DNA from: Octopus sinensis
Taxonomy: Eukaryota
NCBI RefSeq assembly: GCF_006345805.1
Contig: NC_042998.1
Location: forward strand, 43,462,001 to 43,526,000
Length of the DNA: 64,000 nt
Direction of reading: 5' to 3'
Positions 11,640 through 24,398 of this stretch are shown piece by piece. Position 1 is the first letter of the stretch; each line of letters begins with the position of its first letter. The position numbers and the translations under genes were made by a program. The notes below the pieces were generated by a model. The model saw only the letters and a list, made by a program, of their open reading frames with translations. It did no database searches and was not told the DNA's origin.

Positions 11640-12655
11640 TGTGTTCTTCATGCTGAATACGTGCTCTCTCAAAAGTGTCGACCTTCTCCTTAATCTGCTC
11701 CTCCAGCAGTGGCGATGACAGGTATTGTTCTCCCAGTCAGTCTCCTGCATATCACAAGCCTTTAATGAGGACTTGACACAGTCCTTAAATCGTAGCCTTG
11801 GTTTCTGTCGAGGTCTCTTTCCATTCACAAGTTCCCCATGTAGCCTCTGCTTAGGGATCCTGCAATCCTTCATTCTAATAAGGTGTCAAGTCCAACGTAA
11901 CCGGTGCTTGTGCACCATCGCCTCAATACTCAAGATATCAGCTGTCTTCAGGACCTGTGTATCTGGAATTTTTAAGGTCCAGCCAACATTCAGAATGTTT
12001 TTAAAACATCTCTGATGAAAGCGTTCAAGGTCCCTTACATAGCGTTTGTAAAGGGTCCATGTCTCACATGAGTAAAGGAGTGATGTCAGTACACTTGCAC
12101 GGTACACATTAATTTTTGTTTGCTTTGTGATGCCATGCTGCGAGCAGTCACGAAACTGAAGAGACCGGAAGGAATCACTTGCCCTCTGCAGCCTGAAAGA
12201 TATATCATCATCCAAGGAGCAAGAACGGCTGAGTGTGCTGCCCAGGTAGACAAACTTGTCTACCACCTTCAGAATTGTTTCTTCAACCAAATAGCTGGTT
12301 CTAGATATGGATTTCCTGGTGTAAGCTGGAACATTACAACAGTCTTGTCCAGGTTAATGCTGAGTCCAAATGCTTTGCAAGAAGCAGAAATATGATTCAT
12401 GAGTATTTGCATGTCATCCACTGTATGAGTGACTAAGTCACAGTCATCTGCATAAAGGAGGTCACAAATAATAGGCTGGAAAACTTTTGAATTGGCAGCA
12501 AATCGGCGCAGACTAAAGAGGCAGCCAGAATATCGATATCTGACATATATTCCCAGAGAGCTAACCTTAGCAAATGCATGAGTAAAAGCAGCAGCGCAGT
12601 ACAAAGAAAAGAGAGTTGGAGCAAGGATGTCACCCTGCTTGACACCATTCTCTAC
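11640..12655 (-). mobile_element. RTE-clade LINE RT fragment
   Basis: NGVKQG, LLYADDCDL, FVYLGSTLSR, LLYSCETWTLY, HRLRW.GH, RIPKQ.LHGEL..GKRPRQKPRLRFKD; both ends cut by microsatellites. Confidence 0.9.
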
Positions 12656-12657
12656 AA

Positions 12658-12755
<98 letters not shown>

Positions 12756-13444
12756 CTTTAACTCGTTTCAGCCATGCGGCCGTAGTCATGTTGTATTTCC
12801 ACCATGGTGTTTCTGATTTCCTCAATCTGGGTGTTTCACATCACCACTCCTGCATGCGCCTTTGTCCCAGCTGTTGGTACATTTTGTTGGCCCTCTCTTC
12901 CTTAACTACCACTTTCCCTCCTCGTTTATCTCTCCTGTACTTTTCCCTTTATCTCTGATTTTTCAAATCCTTCAATCCGCTGCCCCTTCGCCTCGTTTCT
13001 CCTCCCACGTGACCGGTATCCGGCCAGCCATGGTCTTTGTTTCTTGATCTGACTGCCGACCGCCAATACCTCTTATGAACATCTCCTATGTTCCTGCCTT
13101 AAGGCTTTCACTTTATACACGCCAGCTCAACTTGATTCGTCCTCAGTCGAATTGTGTACCATGTTCTCCGTTTTTTGTCTTTGTTACCATACATATTCGC
13201 TAGCTTTCTTACAAAAAATCTAATGCTCTTAGCTTAGACTGTTTTGGGGGCAACTAGATCGAACAGTCTCAAGTGTAACTGCCCGAACCTTTAAGGACAT
13301 CTGGTAACTTGACTGAAGAAAGAAGGCCACGAAAGCTCGTGCATTTTTTCTTTTCCTATCCCCCTAATTGTTGCTTTTCTTGTCCGCCTTTGTATCGTCT
13401 ATCTGTCAGAATGTGTTATTGTCCTCTATTGTGCTTTTGTTCCA

Positions 13445-13670
<226 letters not shown>

Positions 13671-14194
13671 CGAGTCGAGCCCATACAGCACAAAGAAACG
13701 AAGGGAGAAGATTAAATTTCTGTTCACAGCGGAGACGAGAGTCCGGGTGGCTTTTGTGTAGAGACAGTCCGAAGACAGACAGATGTAGCGAATGACCGGC
13801 AGAATGAAATGGCGCTAGACCGAAGTGTCATTGCCGAGTCTGATGTCTCGGCGTCCCTTTGATCAGTGTATATATGTGTGAATTTGAAGTTAAGCGAAAT
13901 CTAAATTTGGAAATTTCCAAGCAGTGGAGGATGCTTGGTGAAAAGCGGAAAACTATTACGATGGACTCTACATACATACGTACGTAAATACGCAGATGCA
14001 TGTACTCACACATACATACATGCACATGCATACACATACCAATACACATACATATAAATAACTTTTAAAATGGTGAGGAAAGGAAAGGAAGATGTGTGTA
14101 GAATACTTAGATTTAAAGAGAGCAAGTGCTGGTAAGTTGACAACAGTTGTCCACCTGCAACGTTTCACAAGGAAACTTACACACACATGGTTGC

Positions 14195-14265
14195 GAGTGT
14201 TTCCTTACATACATACATTCATACATACATACATTCATACATACATACATACATACATACATACA

Positions 14266-14299
<34 letters not shown>

Positions 14300-14370
14300 C
14301 ATACATACATACATACATACATGGTGGCTGCTCCCCTCGTTATCGAGTATGGCCATTGCACGAAGCTTAA
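14195..14370 (-). mobile_element. RTE-type 3' terminus with (ATGT)n tail
   Basis: GGCTGCTCCCCTCGTTATCGAGTATGGCCATTGCACGAAGCTTAA nearly identical to the RTE 3' end at 25915-25960. Confidence 0.7.
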
Positions 14371-15059
14371 TCAATGTTGTTATTGTGCAATGCCTGTGCA
14401 AGAAGATTTTTTTTAAAGTGAGGAGAGGCTGTGCACTGGGTCAATCCCACTCACTAAGCAACAGCTGCCATAATCCGAAAAGAAGAACAAGTCAACATCA
14501 TCGGTAACCACTGAGCCAGAGGTTTTATGTCGGAGTTATCCCAGTTACCTAAGTTACCTTCTCCTAGAAGGTATATGTAATATATAATGAAAGTATATGT
14601 GTTTTTATATATGCGTGTGCATGTCTGTCTACCTTTCTCAAGTCTTTTCTCTTGCTGTCACAGGTTTTAAAATTTTTTAATTAATTGAAAATTTTCGAAT
14701 TTGGTATGTTGAATACGATTTTGTTATTTACTTGTTCCAGAAAAATTATAGAAAATGTTACAACGGTTTAAGGTTTAATAGTTTTTACCTAATCAGAAAA
14801 CAGGATTTGGAAGCTGGCATACTCTGCGTGATAGCTATCTATCATAAAGTGAAAGCAAAACATTACGACAATGAAAGATGCGAGTAGTTCTGAAGGTTTT
14901 TGTGAGTTGTAAGGAACAGAGTCGTGTGAAATGTTCGAAAAGGCATGTAAACATTTTAAAAAGGAAAGAATCCTCCACGAAGGGGAATCTCAAAAGTCTG
15001 TCCTAATCAAGAGCCTTTCTGTGGGGAATAAAACAAAAGGAATAAAAATATTTACGTAA

Positions 15060-15500
15060 AGGCATTCTACTGTGAATGCTTGTTTCTGTGGAAGTTTGCT
15101 GTAGAATTCAGGATCTTGCAGATTTTAATGTGCATGTTGTAAATATTTTCGTTAAATCAGTCTAAGATACACAATGTTGGTATCGGCATTGGTACCACGT
15201 AAGCATTATGGATTATTGTTTTGTTATAAGAGTGCTATATCTGTTTTAGCTTGGTATAATATTCTTTGGTCACTTAATATTTATTCATCATGCTGTTGTA
15301 TAGTATATTTTCATCAATCTCTTTGTATATAGCATGTATTGGGTGAAACAGGGGACATGGACCAATCGTTGATGCCTGGTTTGAGCTTTGCAAAACAGCT
15401 TTCAAAGTTCTGTCAAATATGAACATTGTTTTGCTCAAATTCTATTGTTATATCAGCAGAAAATGCTTCTAAATCTATGTTGCTCAATATTGCCAAAATT
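15060..15500 (-). mobile_element. hAT (Buster/Charlie-like) transposase remnant
   Basis: Heavily decayed minus-strand motifs QNFESCF.KLKPGINDWSMSP and ..KLPQKQA resembling the C-terminal region of this group. Confidence 0.35.
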
Positions 15501-15659
15501 TCGTGAGTGGATCATTAGATAGTCTATGGAGAAATTATGGGTTACATTAAGTTTCCCTTGTAGTTTCACACTCTAGCACATTACCGTGGACATTCATAAA
15601 ATAAATTATGGAGTTAGCGCCAAAATTAGCAGAAGCTCTGATAGAATGTATCCTTAGAA

Positions 15660-15800
15660 CATAGCTTCCCAAAGTGGGCGGTATCGCCCTCTGGTGGGCA
15701 ATTTCAACTTACAGGTAGCCGATGGGCAAATTTCTAGAAAATGGTGGGCGATTTGAGATTTTGGCGGGCGACATGAACATTTTGTGGGTGACAATGAATT
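15660..15800 (+). mobile_element. hAT-like transposon end
   Basis: TAGCTTCCCAAAGTGGGCGGTATCGCCC followed by repeated GGGCGA/GGGCAA subterminal motifs. Confidence 0.4.
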
Positions 15801-16507
15801 TTTTGAAATTAAGTCTGCTTTTACTGATAATTAGGCATGCCTAGAATGCAGTGTTATCGATTTGACTACTCGCAGTGTTATCGATTTGACTACTCGCATG
15901 AGATGTCCCTTTGTATTAAAAACGCGGACATGTTTATCGATCAAATATTTTTGTCGTAGCCATTGATATGGTTGTCATGCGCGCTAAAAATAGCAACCAA
16001 ATAGGCCTAGACCTTAACTCACACTCACACTCCAATTTTGGTCAATTTTTGCACTTGAAAACCATGAAAAGAGCATTTTCGATAAAAAAAATTTTTTAAT
16101 TGTTAATATTTTTAGAGGGAAAGGTGAGTGATTTAAGAGTGATTTGGCAGTTATTTCAAGCATATCCAAAGAAAACCCTCCTCGTTTATTTATCACTCGC
16201 ACACGTATTGATGTTTTTCAATATTTTACCCCCATAAATACATTTTTATGCTATAAAAAAGAAAATTTGAGAAATTATGAATTTTTGCAACCCCACTCCC
16301 TGCCTCCGATTGTTTCTGTTTAGAAATTAAACTATTGGAGAGCCTGAGAAGGTCATTGCTGGCATTTATCCACAGTGATTAAAAAAATTTATGAAAATGT
16401 ACTTGCATAGCAAGTAACTTGATATAAGATCGTGTGCTGAAACAAAAACAATTGAAGCGTAGATGTTTGTAAGTCATTAAAGAACACTCAGAAACCGTTA
16501 GTTTCAT

Positions 16508-16704
16508 GGCACTACTTAAATACAGAAGTCCCGATGCATCTACGTAACGATATGAAGGTGAGGGTTAGTTTTAGGGTTAGTTTTTAGGGTTAAGGCTAAG
16601 GCTAGTTTTAGGGTTATTTAAGATTAGGTTTAGAGTGTCATAACACGTCCACACTGAGTACATTTAAAATGCTTTGCATGTGACACCTGTATTTAAGTAG
16701 TACC
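16508..16704. mobile_element. 197-bp MITE with ~23-bp TIRs, 8-bp TSD and internal TTAGGG-like repeats
   Basis: TIRs GGCACTACTTAAATACAGAAGTC / GACACCTGTATTTAAGTAGTACC; flanks AGTTTCAT (16500-07) and AGTTTCAC (16705-12). Confidence 0.8.
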
Positions 16705-17434
16705 AGTTTCACTTCAACATTAAAATTTCGTTTGCCAGAATATTTTCTTCGCTTTGAAACCGCGACCTGTTCACTGACAATCCTTTGCAAAAGTAATGCT
16801 GTACGAAGTTTTGTCATTGAACAGCAAACACACACATACACACACACATTTATTGCCTTTCATGTATGTGTATGTGTATCTATGTGTGTGTGCGAGTGTG
16901 TCACTGTTGAAGTCGCTCGTGCAACTTGTTTGTGTAGATATTGGCTTAGTGGTACAGAGTGTTTGGAAACTGTGAATAAAGAGCAAGTTTCCAGTATTCG
17001 TTAGTAACTTTTTCTCCTCGTCTTCTCCAACTTTCTAGGCTCTTCTCACAGCTATTCCGCCTTCAAAAATTATAGGGGTATTTTTAAAATTTTCATTAAA
17101 TAAATAATATTTTACGTATACATTAATAGAATAAGCTGTCGGTTTTCCAAATAGCGAATGAAACCTTAAAAAAGAAAGTGAGAGACTTTGCAAATGAAAA
17201 GGGAATGCTCTGCAGTGAATGCAATGAATATTTAAATTTGTGAATTAGACGCAGTGAATGCAATGAATATTTAAATCTTGAGAAATAGAAATTATAGGAA
17301 ATTTCTTAGAACATGAATTTATAAAAATATTTCCAGACGGTCAACTCTTTAATAATTGCTTTCTTTTAGCACTTTTAGTAATTGTTACATACCTAATTAA
17401 GCATCTTTCTCCATTATGGTATAGATATACGGCG

Positions 17435-17720
17435 AGCTGCTTTTTGTTTCCGTCTACCGGGTCCACTCACAAGGCTGTGGTCGGCACGAGTATATATATA
17501 TATATATATTCGTGTTTCTGTGTTTGGCGCTCCGACCATCGCTTGACATCGATGTCTGTGTGTTTACACCCCCATAACTTAGCGGTTCAGCAACAGAAAC
17601 TGATAGAATAAGTACTAGGCTTATAAAGAATAAGTGCTGGAGTCCATTTGTTCGACTCAAAGCGGTGCTCCAGCATGGCCGCAGTCAAATGACTGAAACA
17701 ATTAAAAGAGTAAAAGAAAA
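17435..17720 (+). mobile_element. SINE family A mosaic copy
   Basis: Plus-strand 3' half ending GCGGTGCTCCAGCATGGCCGCAGTCAAATGACTGAAAC, preceded by an inverted internal piece. Confidence 0.75.
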
Positions 17721-17894
17721 GAATATTATTATTAATCAAGTTCGGGAGAGGTGAAATACTAAGAATTCAGTGGCCACCTTCTTTCCAAATTTGATTATTT
17801 ATTGTATACTCTCACCCATTGCGCTTCTCGGGTTTTCGGAAGAAGGGTGACGCTGCTTTTATACCCTACACTCACTGTGTGCACGCATAAAAAA

Positions 17895-18217
17895 AAGACT
17901 CCGCCGGTTACGACGACGAGGGTCCCAGCTGATACGATCAACGGAACAGCTTGCTCGTGAAATTAACTTGCAAATGGCTGAGCATTCCACAGACACGTGT
18001 ACCCTTAACGTAGTTCTCGGGGATAATCAGCGTGACACAGAGAGTGACAAGGCTGACCCTTTGAAATACAAGTACAACTCATTTTTGCCAGCTGAGTGGA
18101 CTGGAGCAACGTGAAATAAAGTGTCTTGCTCAAGGACACAACGCGTCGCCGGGAATCGAACTCACAACCTTACGATCATGAGCCGAATGCCCTAACCACT
18201 AAGCCACGCGCCCTCAC
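17895..18217 (-). mobile_element. tRNA-derived SINE family C
   Basis: Reverse strand: GTGGCTTAGTGGTTAGGG (A box), GAGTTCGATTCCC (B box), then TTGTGTCCTTGAGCAAGACACTT core. Confidence 0.85.
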
Positions 18218-18624
18218 GTTTGCACGCATATACGCACACACACACACATACACACACACACGCACATATACACACACAAACATACACATAGATGTATATA
18301 TACACACATGCATGCATGCACATATGTATGTGTATGTGCGTGTGTGTGTGTGTATGTGTGCATATAAGATCATTAATATTTTGATTTTTTAAAAAACAAA
18401 TATAAGTGTCCTTGCTGTTTAGTTCCAGATTTGTCCTGACCAAAGAGAACTATTGTGAATATCTTTCCAGATATTATCTTACAGAATATGCATTTTTAAG
18501 TCAGTACATCGTGATTTTATGGAATTTCAGTTGCTATTTCTAGCTGGATGAGTGACCACTTAGAAGTTCTATCGTATAATTTTTCTTTCATATATTGATA
18601 CAATGCCAATAAAATGTGTACCTA

Positions 18625-18840
18625 TTTCTTTATTGCTCACAAGGGACTAAACACAGAGAGAACGAACAAGGACGGACAAACGGATTAAGTCGATTACATC
18701 AACCCAAGTGCGTAACTGGTACTTATTTAATCGACCCAGAAAGGATGAAAGGCAAAGTCAAGCTCGGCGGAATTTGAACTCAGAACGTAGCGGCAGACGA
18801 AATAACGCTAAGCATGTCGCCCGACGTGCAAACGATTCAT
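18625..18840 (-). mobile_element. tRNA-derived SINE family B
   Basis: Reverse complement of the GAGTTCAAATTCCGCCGAG...TTTGCCTTTCATCCTTTC..GTCGA consensus. Confidence 0.85.
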
Positions 18841-19189
18841 TAATTTCCATGGAATCGATTGTGTTAGTCGTTTGATGTTTTAGTTTTTTTTTTATATTAT
18901 TGGCAGGAAATGTGGATGACGTCGCATTCACCCTTACCGGCATTCTATTTCAAGAAAACGTTAATATTGTTTAATGTTTAGTCCGACGCTCTAGCGGTTC
19001 GTTTATACGACTCTTTATAATATATACATATCTTCCTTTTGTAAACAACAATTTCACATGTAAAAATAACATGCTCACGCGCACTTACATGTACAAACAC
19101 ACACACACACATGTACACTCATATACACTTGCATATATACATCTATATATTTGTGTATATACATATACTCTATGTGCGTGCGCGGGTAT

Positions 19190-19297
19190 TTATGTAATGT
19201 ATGTATGTATGTATGTATGTATGTATGTATGTATGTATGTATATATATATATATATTATATATATATACATATATATAGATACATATATATAGATAC

Positions 19298-19350
<53 letters not shown>

Positions 19351-19353
19351 TAT

Positions 19354-19414
<61 letters not shown>

Positions 19415-19415
19415 G
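19190..19415. repeat. (TATG)n/(TA)n microsatellite
   Basis: Direct reading. Confidence 0.95.
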
Positions 19416-20782
19416 CAGTCAAATTAACGTACATGCTTGTTTGATGAAGGAAAGTCGTTATCTATATGACATCCGCTGAGAAAATATACTTATCTTTTAG
19501 AATAATATAATTTTTTAAGTTTTATCTCATTTTTAAGCACCGACATTTTCGAACCGTCTTACTATATACTGACGGATTATCAGCAAATTACAAAGCTGCA
19601 GTTTATACTGGACAGCAAGTGCATTGTTGACGATAAATAAAAACATTGAATAACATGGGACGTAGTACATAAAACTTGCATATATTTTATGCAATAATGG
19701 TTCATTTCTGTTCAGTTAAGAAGTTTATTTTCAGAAAGGTTTCAAAACAATGTTATCTTTTTCCCTATTCAATTGAGCTTTAGGTTTTAGATATGTGTTA
19801 CCAAAATTCCAAAGACTACTGTATTGTTTTGTCCTCTTAGAGTAAATTTGGCATTCCAAAAATGGCTTTATAAGTCTTAAATTAACTGTGATATATTTAT
19901 AAGTAAGCTATAATTATAGGATATGGTGATATTTTCTGAGACCAGGGATTTTATTTTATTTTATTCTTTAATGTCATGGTACTGCTTTTTAACTGCAATA
20001 TTGTGGTGAGTGGGACTTGCTGAAATTCTTATAAATTCATTCTTAGATTTTCTTCTTACAGATACTTAGCAAAAGTAAAATAAAATGTATACAGGTATTC
20101 AAAAATGTCTATTTCATTTGATTGTTAATCAAAAACTACATGAGGCCTGCGGATTGAAACCTTATCCCTAATAGAAGGCAGCACTTTTTTTTACGCTATT
20201 CTGGATTAGCTATTTTGAATTAGCTATTCAGATTTATTGTACCTGCCCCTATTCGATACGAGTGCTCTAAATTTCAAACAATCGTCTTTAAATATAATAT
20301 CGCTGTAGCTGCTTGACTATAGTTACAGAGAACTATCAATAAAACCATCTTGCAAATTAATATTATTTAATTTAAATAGCGTTAGCTGTCACTTTTTCAT
20401 TATCAGATCGGGACCAGTTCTATCATTAGCTGATAAAAGCTTGCTACTGCATGTAATCCAGTTCTACAAATTCATGGTCGAGGGTCAGGCTACTAATCCG
20501 ACAACCTACTGTGCTTGCTCAGTGAGAATGGTGTGGGGATACTTAACGGGATGAAAAGAAACCCATAAAACCAGTAAAAAAAAAGATGAGTTTCATGAGA
20601 GCCAGCAATACGGATAATCTTGAAAGGTGATGAGCCCAATCAGATTTATCAAGCCCCATGAAACGCTAGAATGAAAGTTATAGTTATATAGAATGCTGTA
20701 CCGGACGAATGAGGGTTCGGGTTTATAACGCCTGCATGCTTCATTGAAATACTGAAGAATGGAGTAGAAAAATATTCTGCTG

Positions 20783-20843
<61 letters not shown>

Positions 20844-21379
20844 AAACAAGCATCGGAAACAGGCATCGGAAACAGGCTACTAAAAGGGAGGATAACAAAT
20901 GGAACATGGAATGTCAGATGATGAAATTTAAAAAATAACGGAAACTCGTCACATAAAATAAGCTGACGTACAAGTATTTAAAAACAATATCTCTCTCATT
21001 TGATTGTTAATTTAAATCAATTCGGCACTTCCTCTCTTAAAAATTATCACGTGAAGGTCAATAACAAAACTCTTTGTTCTAAAAAATAAGATGTACTGGT
21101 CAATAAGAAAAACATAATAGTTAAGAGAGTCAGACTTACTCTTATTAAAATACAAATTCAATTATTCGTTTCTATGTTTATTACATGAAAGCACTAAATA
21201 ATTTTATAATCTTCAAACAATCATCTTTAAACATAATTTTTTTTATCTGCATATATTCACAGAGAAATGATCAGGTTTGTTCCAGAAGTCTACCAATAGA
21301 ATTAATAATGTTATTTACTTCAAATAATGCAAAATATCATCAATTGCCAGATAGGAACCAATTTCCATCACAAGCTAAA

Positions 21380-23090
21380 GGAAACATGCTATTGGCACTA
21401 TGTAATCCAGTACTACCTAATAATGGTCGGTGTTGGGCGACTAAGCCGGCAATATACTTGGCTTTCTCAGTGAGAAGTGTGTGCATTAGGCAGATGATCT
21501 TGAGTGTTAACGACACTAGTATTTTGGAAATGTGATGGGCACTGCCTGGGTTACAGATCCAAATGAAACTTTTCTATGGCAGTTTCAGCAATATTTAACT
21601 TTACACAAGACCAGACGGGGTCAGGATTAATAACTAAAGAACAATAGGGTGGAATCCACAATTATTCTACTGCTGAAATATTTTGTGTCTGTTTTGGCCA
21701 AATGTTAAAGAAACTATCAAGAAAATAGTTTAAAATGATAATAGGAGACTAGCATGTAAAATTGGTCCTAGTGCAAATTTACACTGGCAAGAAAGTACAG
21801 ATAAATGTGGTCATGATATAACCAATGATCGATGTGTTAGGGTACTATGATTTGGTAGTCAATACAAAATATCACCACAAAATATCAAGAAACCAATAGC
21901 TCTAGGCGACGTCACTAAAGTACAACATGACTATATTTTGGTTGACAAGCATAATGCAAAGATGGTTAATGGAGATAAATCTAGAAAATTTCTAGATACA
22001 AGCATCGGCCGTGACCGTAATTTATTCATGACAAGCATAATGGTGAACTTAAAGCATATAGCTAAAGTAAGGACAACGAGTGTAAATTACAATACAAATA
22101 GATATAAAATTGCAGTCGGAAATCAAAAACAATAATTTATCGCAGAAATTGGAATTAGATCTCCACCTCCACTAATGGGGCTGGAAGATGATAATGTTAA
22201 AGAGCTAATGTAAAATTCACAGTGGAATCTAACGTAAAGTGCTAGTATAATTTTAGGCAATGCATGAAAGAAAACAGTTCTGGATGAAGAAACACATTCT
22301 CGGTAAGCACGACGGAAAATGAATTCTAAAATCCAAAGAGATACCAAATAATACCAAGCTGAAACCGTATGTAGAAGTCCAAAAATAAATGAGACTACGA
22401 TAATTTCATACCAAAAACATGTTAAGAGTTTGAAAGAGGGTGTTGATGGAATATGAAAAAGGTATACTAAATGGTCGAAAAGTTGACAGGTGAAATAGAG
22501 GTAAAAGCTGCAATGATTTTTATTATAGACAAGTAGGTGGTCTGTTGATGAAAAAAATGAAGATAGACGAAATGTATAAGATACATATACAACTAAACCC
22601 AGAGCTGTAGCGAAGAAGAGCAAGCAGCTACTGCTTCGCGTTGACCCTCTTATGGAGGAGTTTGGGGTTTTCTGTATAAACCTATATAGGGAGCGAGAGG
22701 CGTGAAGAGGCAGCAAATTGGAGAATTGTTTCGGGCGACATACACTACCTGCGCCACTGGCTAACTGTTAGACCAGTTTTGATTATTTTACACCCATTGG
22801 AAACAGAAGGAACTGAAAATACAAAACAGAAGTTAGAGCCTTGACGTGAGAAAGAAAATTAGCAATGAAATATTTAAGACAAAATAACAAAACTCAATGG
22901 CACTACAAATGAATAAACAATAGGATTGCTACACCAAATGTGCAATGGAATTTGGTCAAAATGAGGATGAGCTTACTTATGCACAAAGAAATGCTAATTA
23001 CAGGATTGGGAACTAATTAAAATTCGTGCAAATATAGCAAGAGTCACACCATCAATTTAATAATATTTATCAAATTAAACCCATAGGTCA
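21380..23090 (+). mobile_element. Old RTE-like LINE remnant (5' UTR, endonuclease, linker)
   Basis: Decayed APE motifs (IIGD..VKIG; HDYILVDK; DTSIGRDRNL ~ GSDH); preceded by the 5' motif shared with 27945. Confidence 0.5.
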
Positions 23091-23163
23091 GTCTACTTAA
23101 TAGTCTTTCTATATGTATATACAGCCTCCCTAATTGTCTCTAAGTATATATTTGGATGCATCC

Positions 23164-23306
<143 letters not shown>

Positions 23307-23309
23307 ATA

Positions 23310-23645
23310 CAAGGTGCAGTGAATAAACTATCATCTAAATTTCGCAAAAAGGAAAATAATACTGACATCTCATTTAACAAATATATTTACCAAAATTACA
23401 TACAAATATCTTGAAATACGAAAGATTAAATTTATTCAACATTATCGCCATTGACTTCAACCACGGCCGCCAGACGACTTCAAAATTTCCTGCAACTCTT
23501 CTGGACGGTCTCCTTGTTTAAGTTGGTAAACGCTGCCATAATGCTGGCTTTCAGTTAATCTTTGGTGTTGGTCTCTCGCTCAAGTGCACTCAGGATGTAA
23601 TAATCAAGTAGGTTGTAGTCTGAGGAGTTAGCTGGCCAGATGTTA
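23310..23645 (-). mobile_element. Tc1/mariner 3' fragment (same family as 55990-56405)
   Basis: End CAAGGTGCAGTGAATAAACTATC; minus-strand WPANS...KINKARIMAAFTNLNKETVQKSCRKF-like remnant. Confidence 0.7.
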
Positions 23646-23774
23646 GGCGTGATGTGGTTGCAGGCGCTAAAGTAGACGACACCTGCCGAAGTTGCCACGT
23701 AGTGGGACTAAACCCGAAACTTTGTGGTTGGGAAGCAAGCTTCTTACTACATAGTCACGTCTATATATACATAC

Positions 23775-24398
23775 ATCCCGTGTGGGCAAAATCCTTTTGG
23801 TGGGAGGTGACGCCACTCTTCCTGCACAGGCAGGAAAATTTTTGATTCGGTAGATTGCATATTCTGAGCGATTTCCAAGCGGAGTTGCTTCTATTGCACC
23901 GCCAACACCTTGGGAACAAAACGCTGACACGCTCTCCATTCATTCACAAATTACCCGTTAAAATGGAATGTATTGATCCTGGGCTTATTCCCACTTCATG
24001 AGTAATTTCCATGACCATTCGATGAGGCTTCTCATTGGGCTCCTCGTTTCGGCTTGTGAATGGCCTACATGAGCGTGCCTCGCTCTCAGCTGAGGTGCAA
24101 CAATGTATGAAATGGTTGTACCACTCCTTTATCTGAGTTTTACCCTTAGCATCACCGCCAGATCTGACGTCTGTTCTCTAGACGTAACAGCCAGAAACTG
24201 CCATCGCGACAATTTTCATGTATAAGTAGATCACGTGTCCTTACCTCCCATCCCAAAGGATTTCATCCCCTCAGTATTAGTTTTTTCATGTATATGTAGA
24301 ACACGTGTCCTTACCTCCCATCCCAAAGGATTTCATCCCCTCAGCATTAGTTTTGTCGGGAAAAAATAAAGTCGGATACTTTTTTAAAGCACCTCGTG
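23775..24398 (-). mobile_element. Mariner (DD34D-like) transposon, deleted 5' part
   Basis: TIR-like CACGAGGTGCTTTAAAAAGTATCCGAC on the minus strand; remnants TQIKEWYNHF and TSAESEARSCRPFTSRNEE; internal 70-bp tandem duplication at ~24218-24350. Confidence 0.7.

Noticed and set aside
12780-13200. Possible RTE/RTEX linker fragment on the minus strand
   Set aside because: Only a PWW-like motif and purine bias; too decayed to call.
16559-16636. Interstitial telomere or chromosome fusion scar
   Set aside because: Short, degenerate and enclosed within TIRs and a TSD of a MITE.
22123-22716. 197-aa minus-strand ORF
   Set aside because: Antisense shadow of the purine-rich decayed RTE on the plus strand; no recognisable domain.
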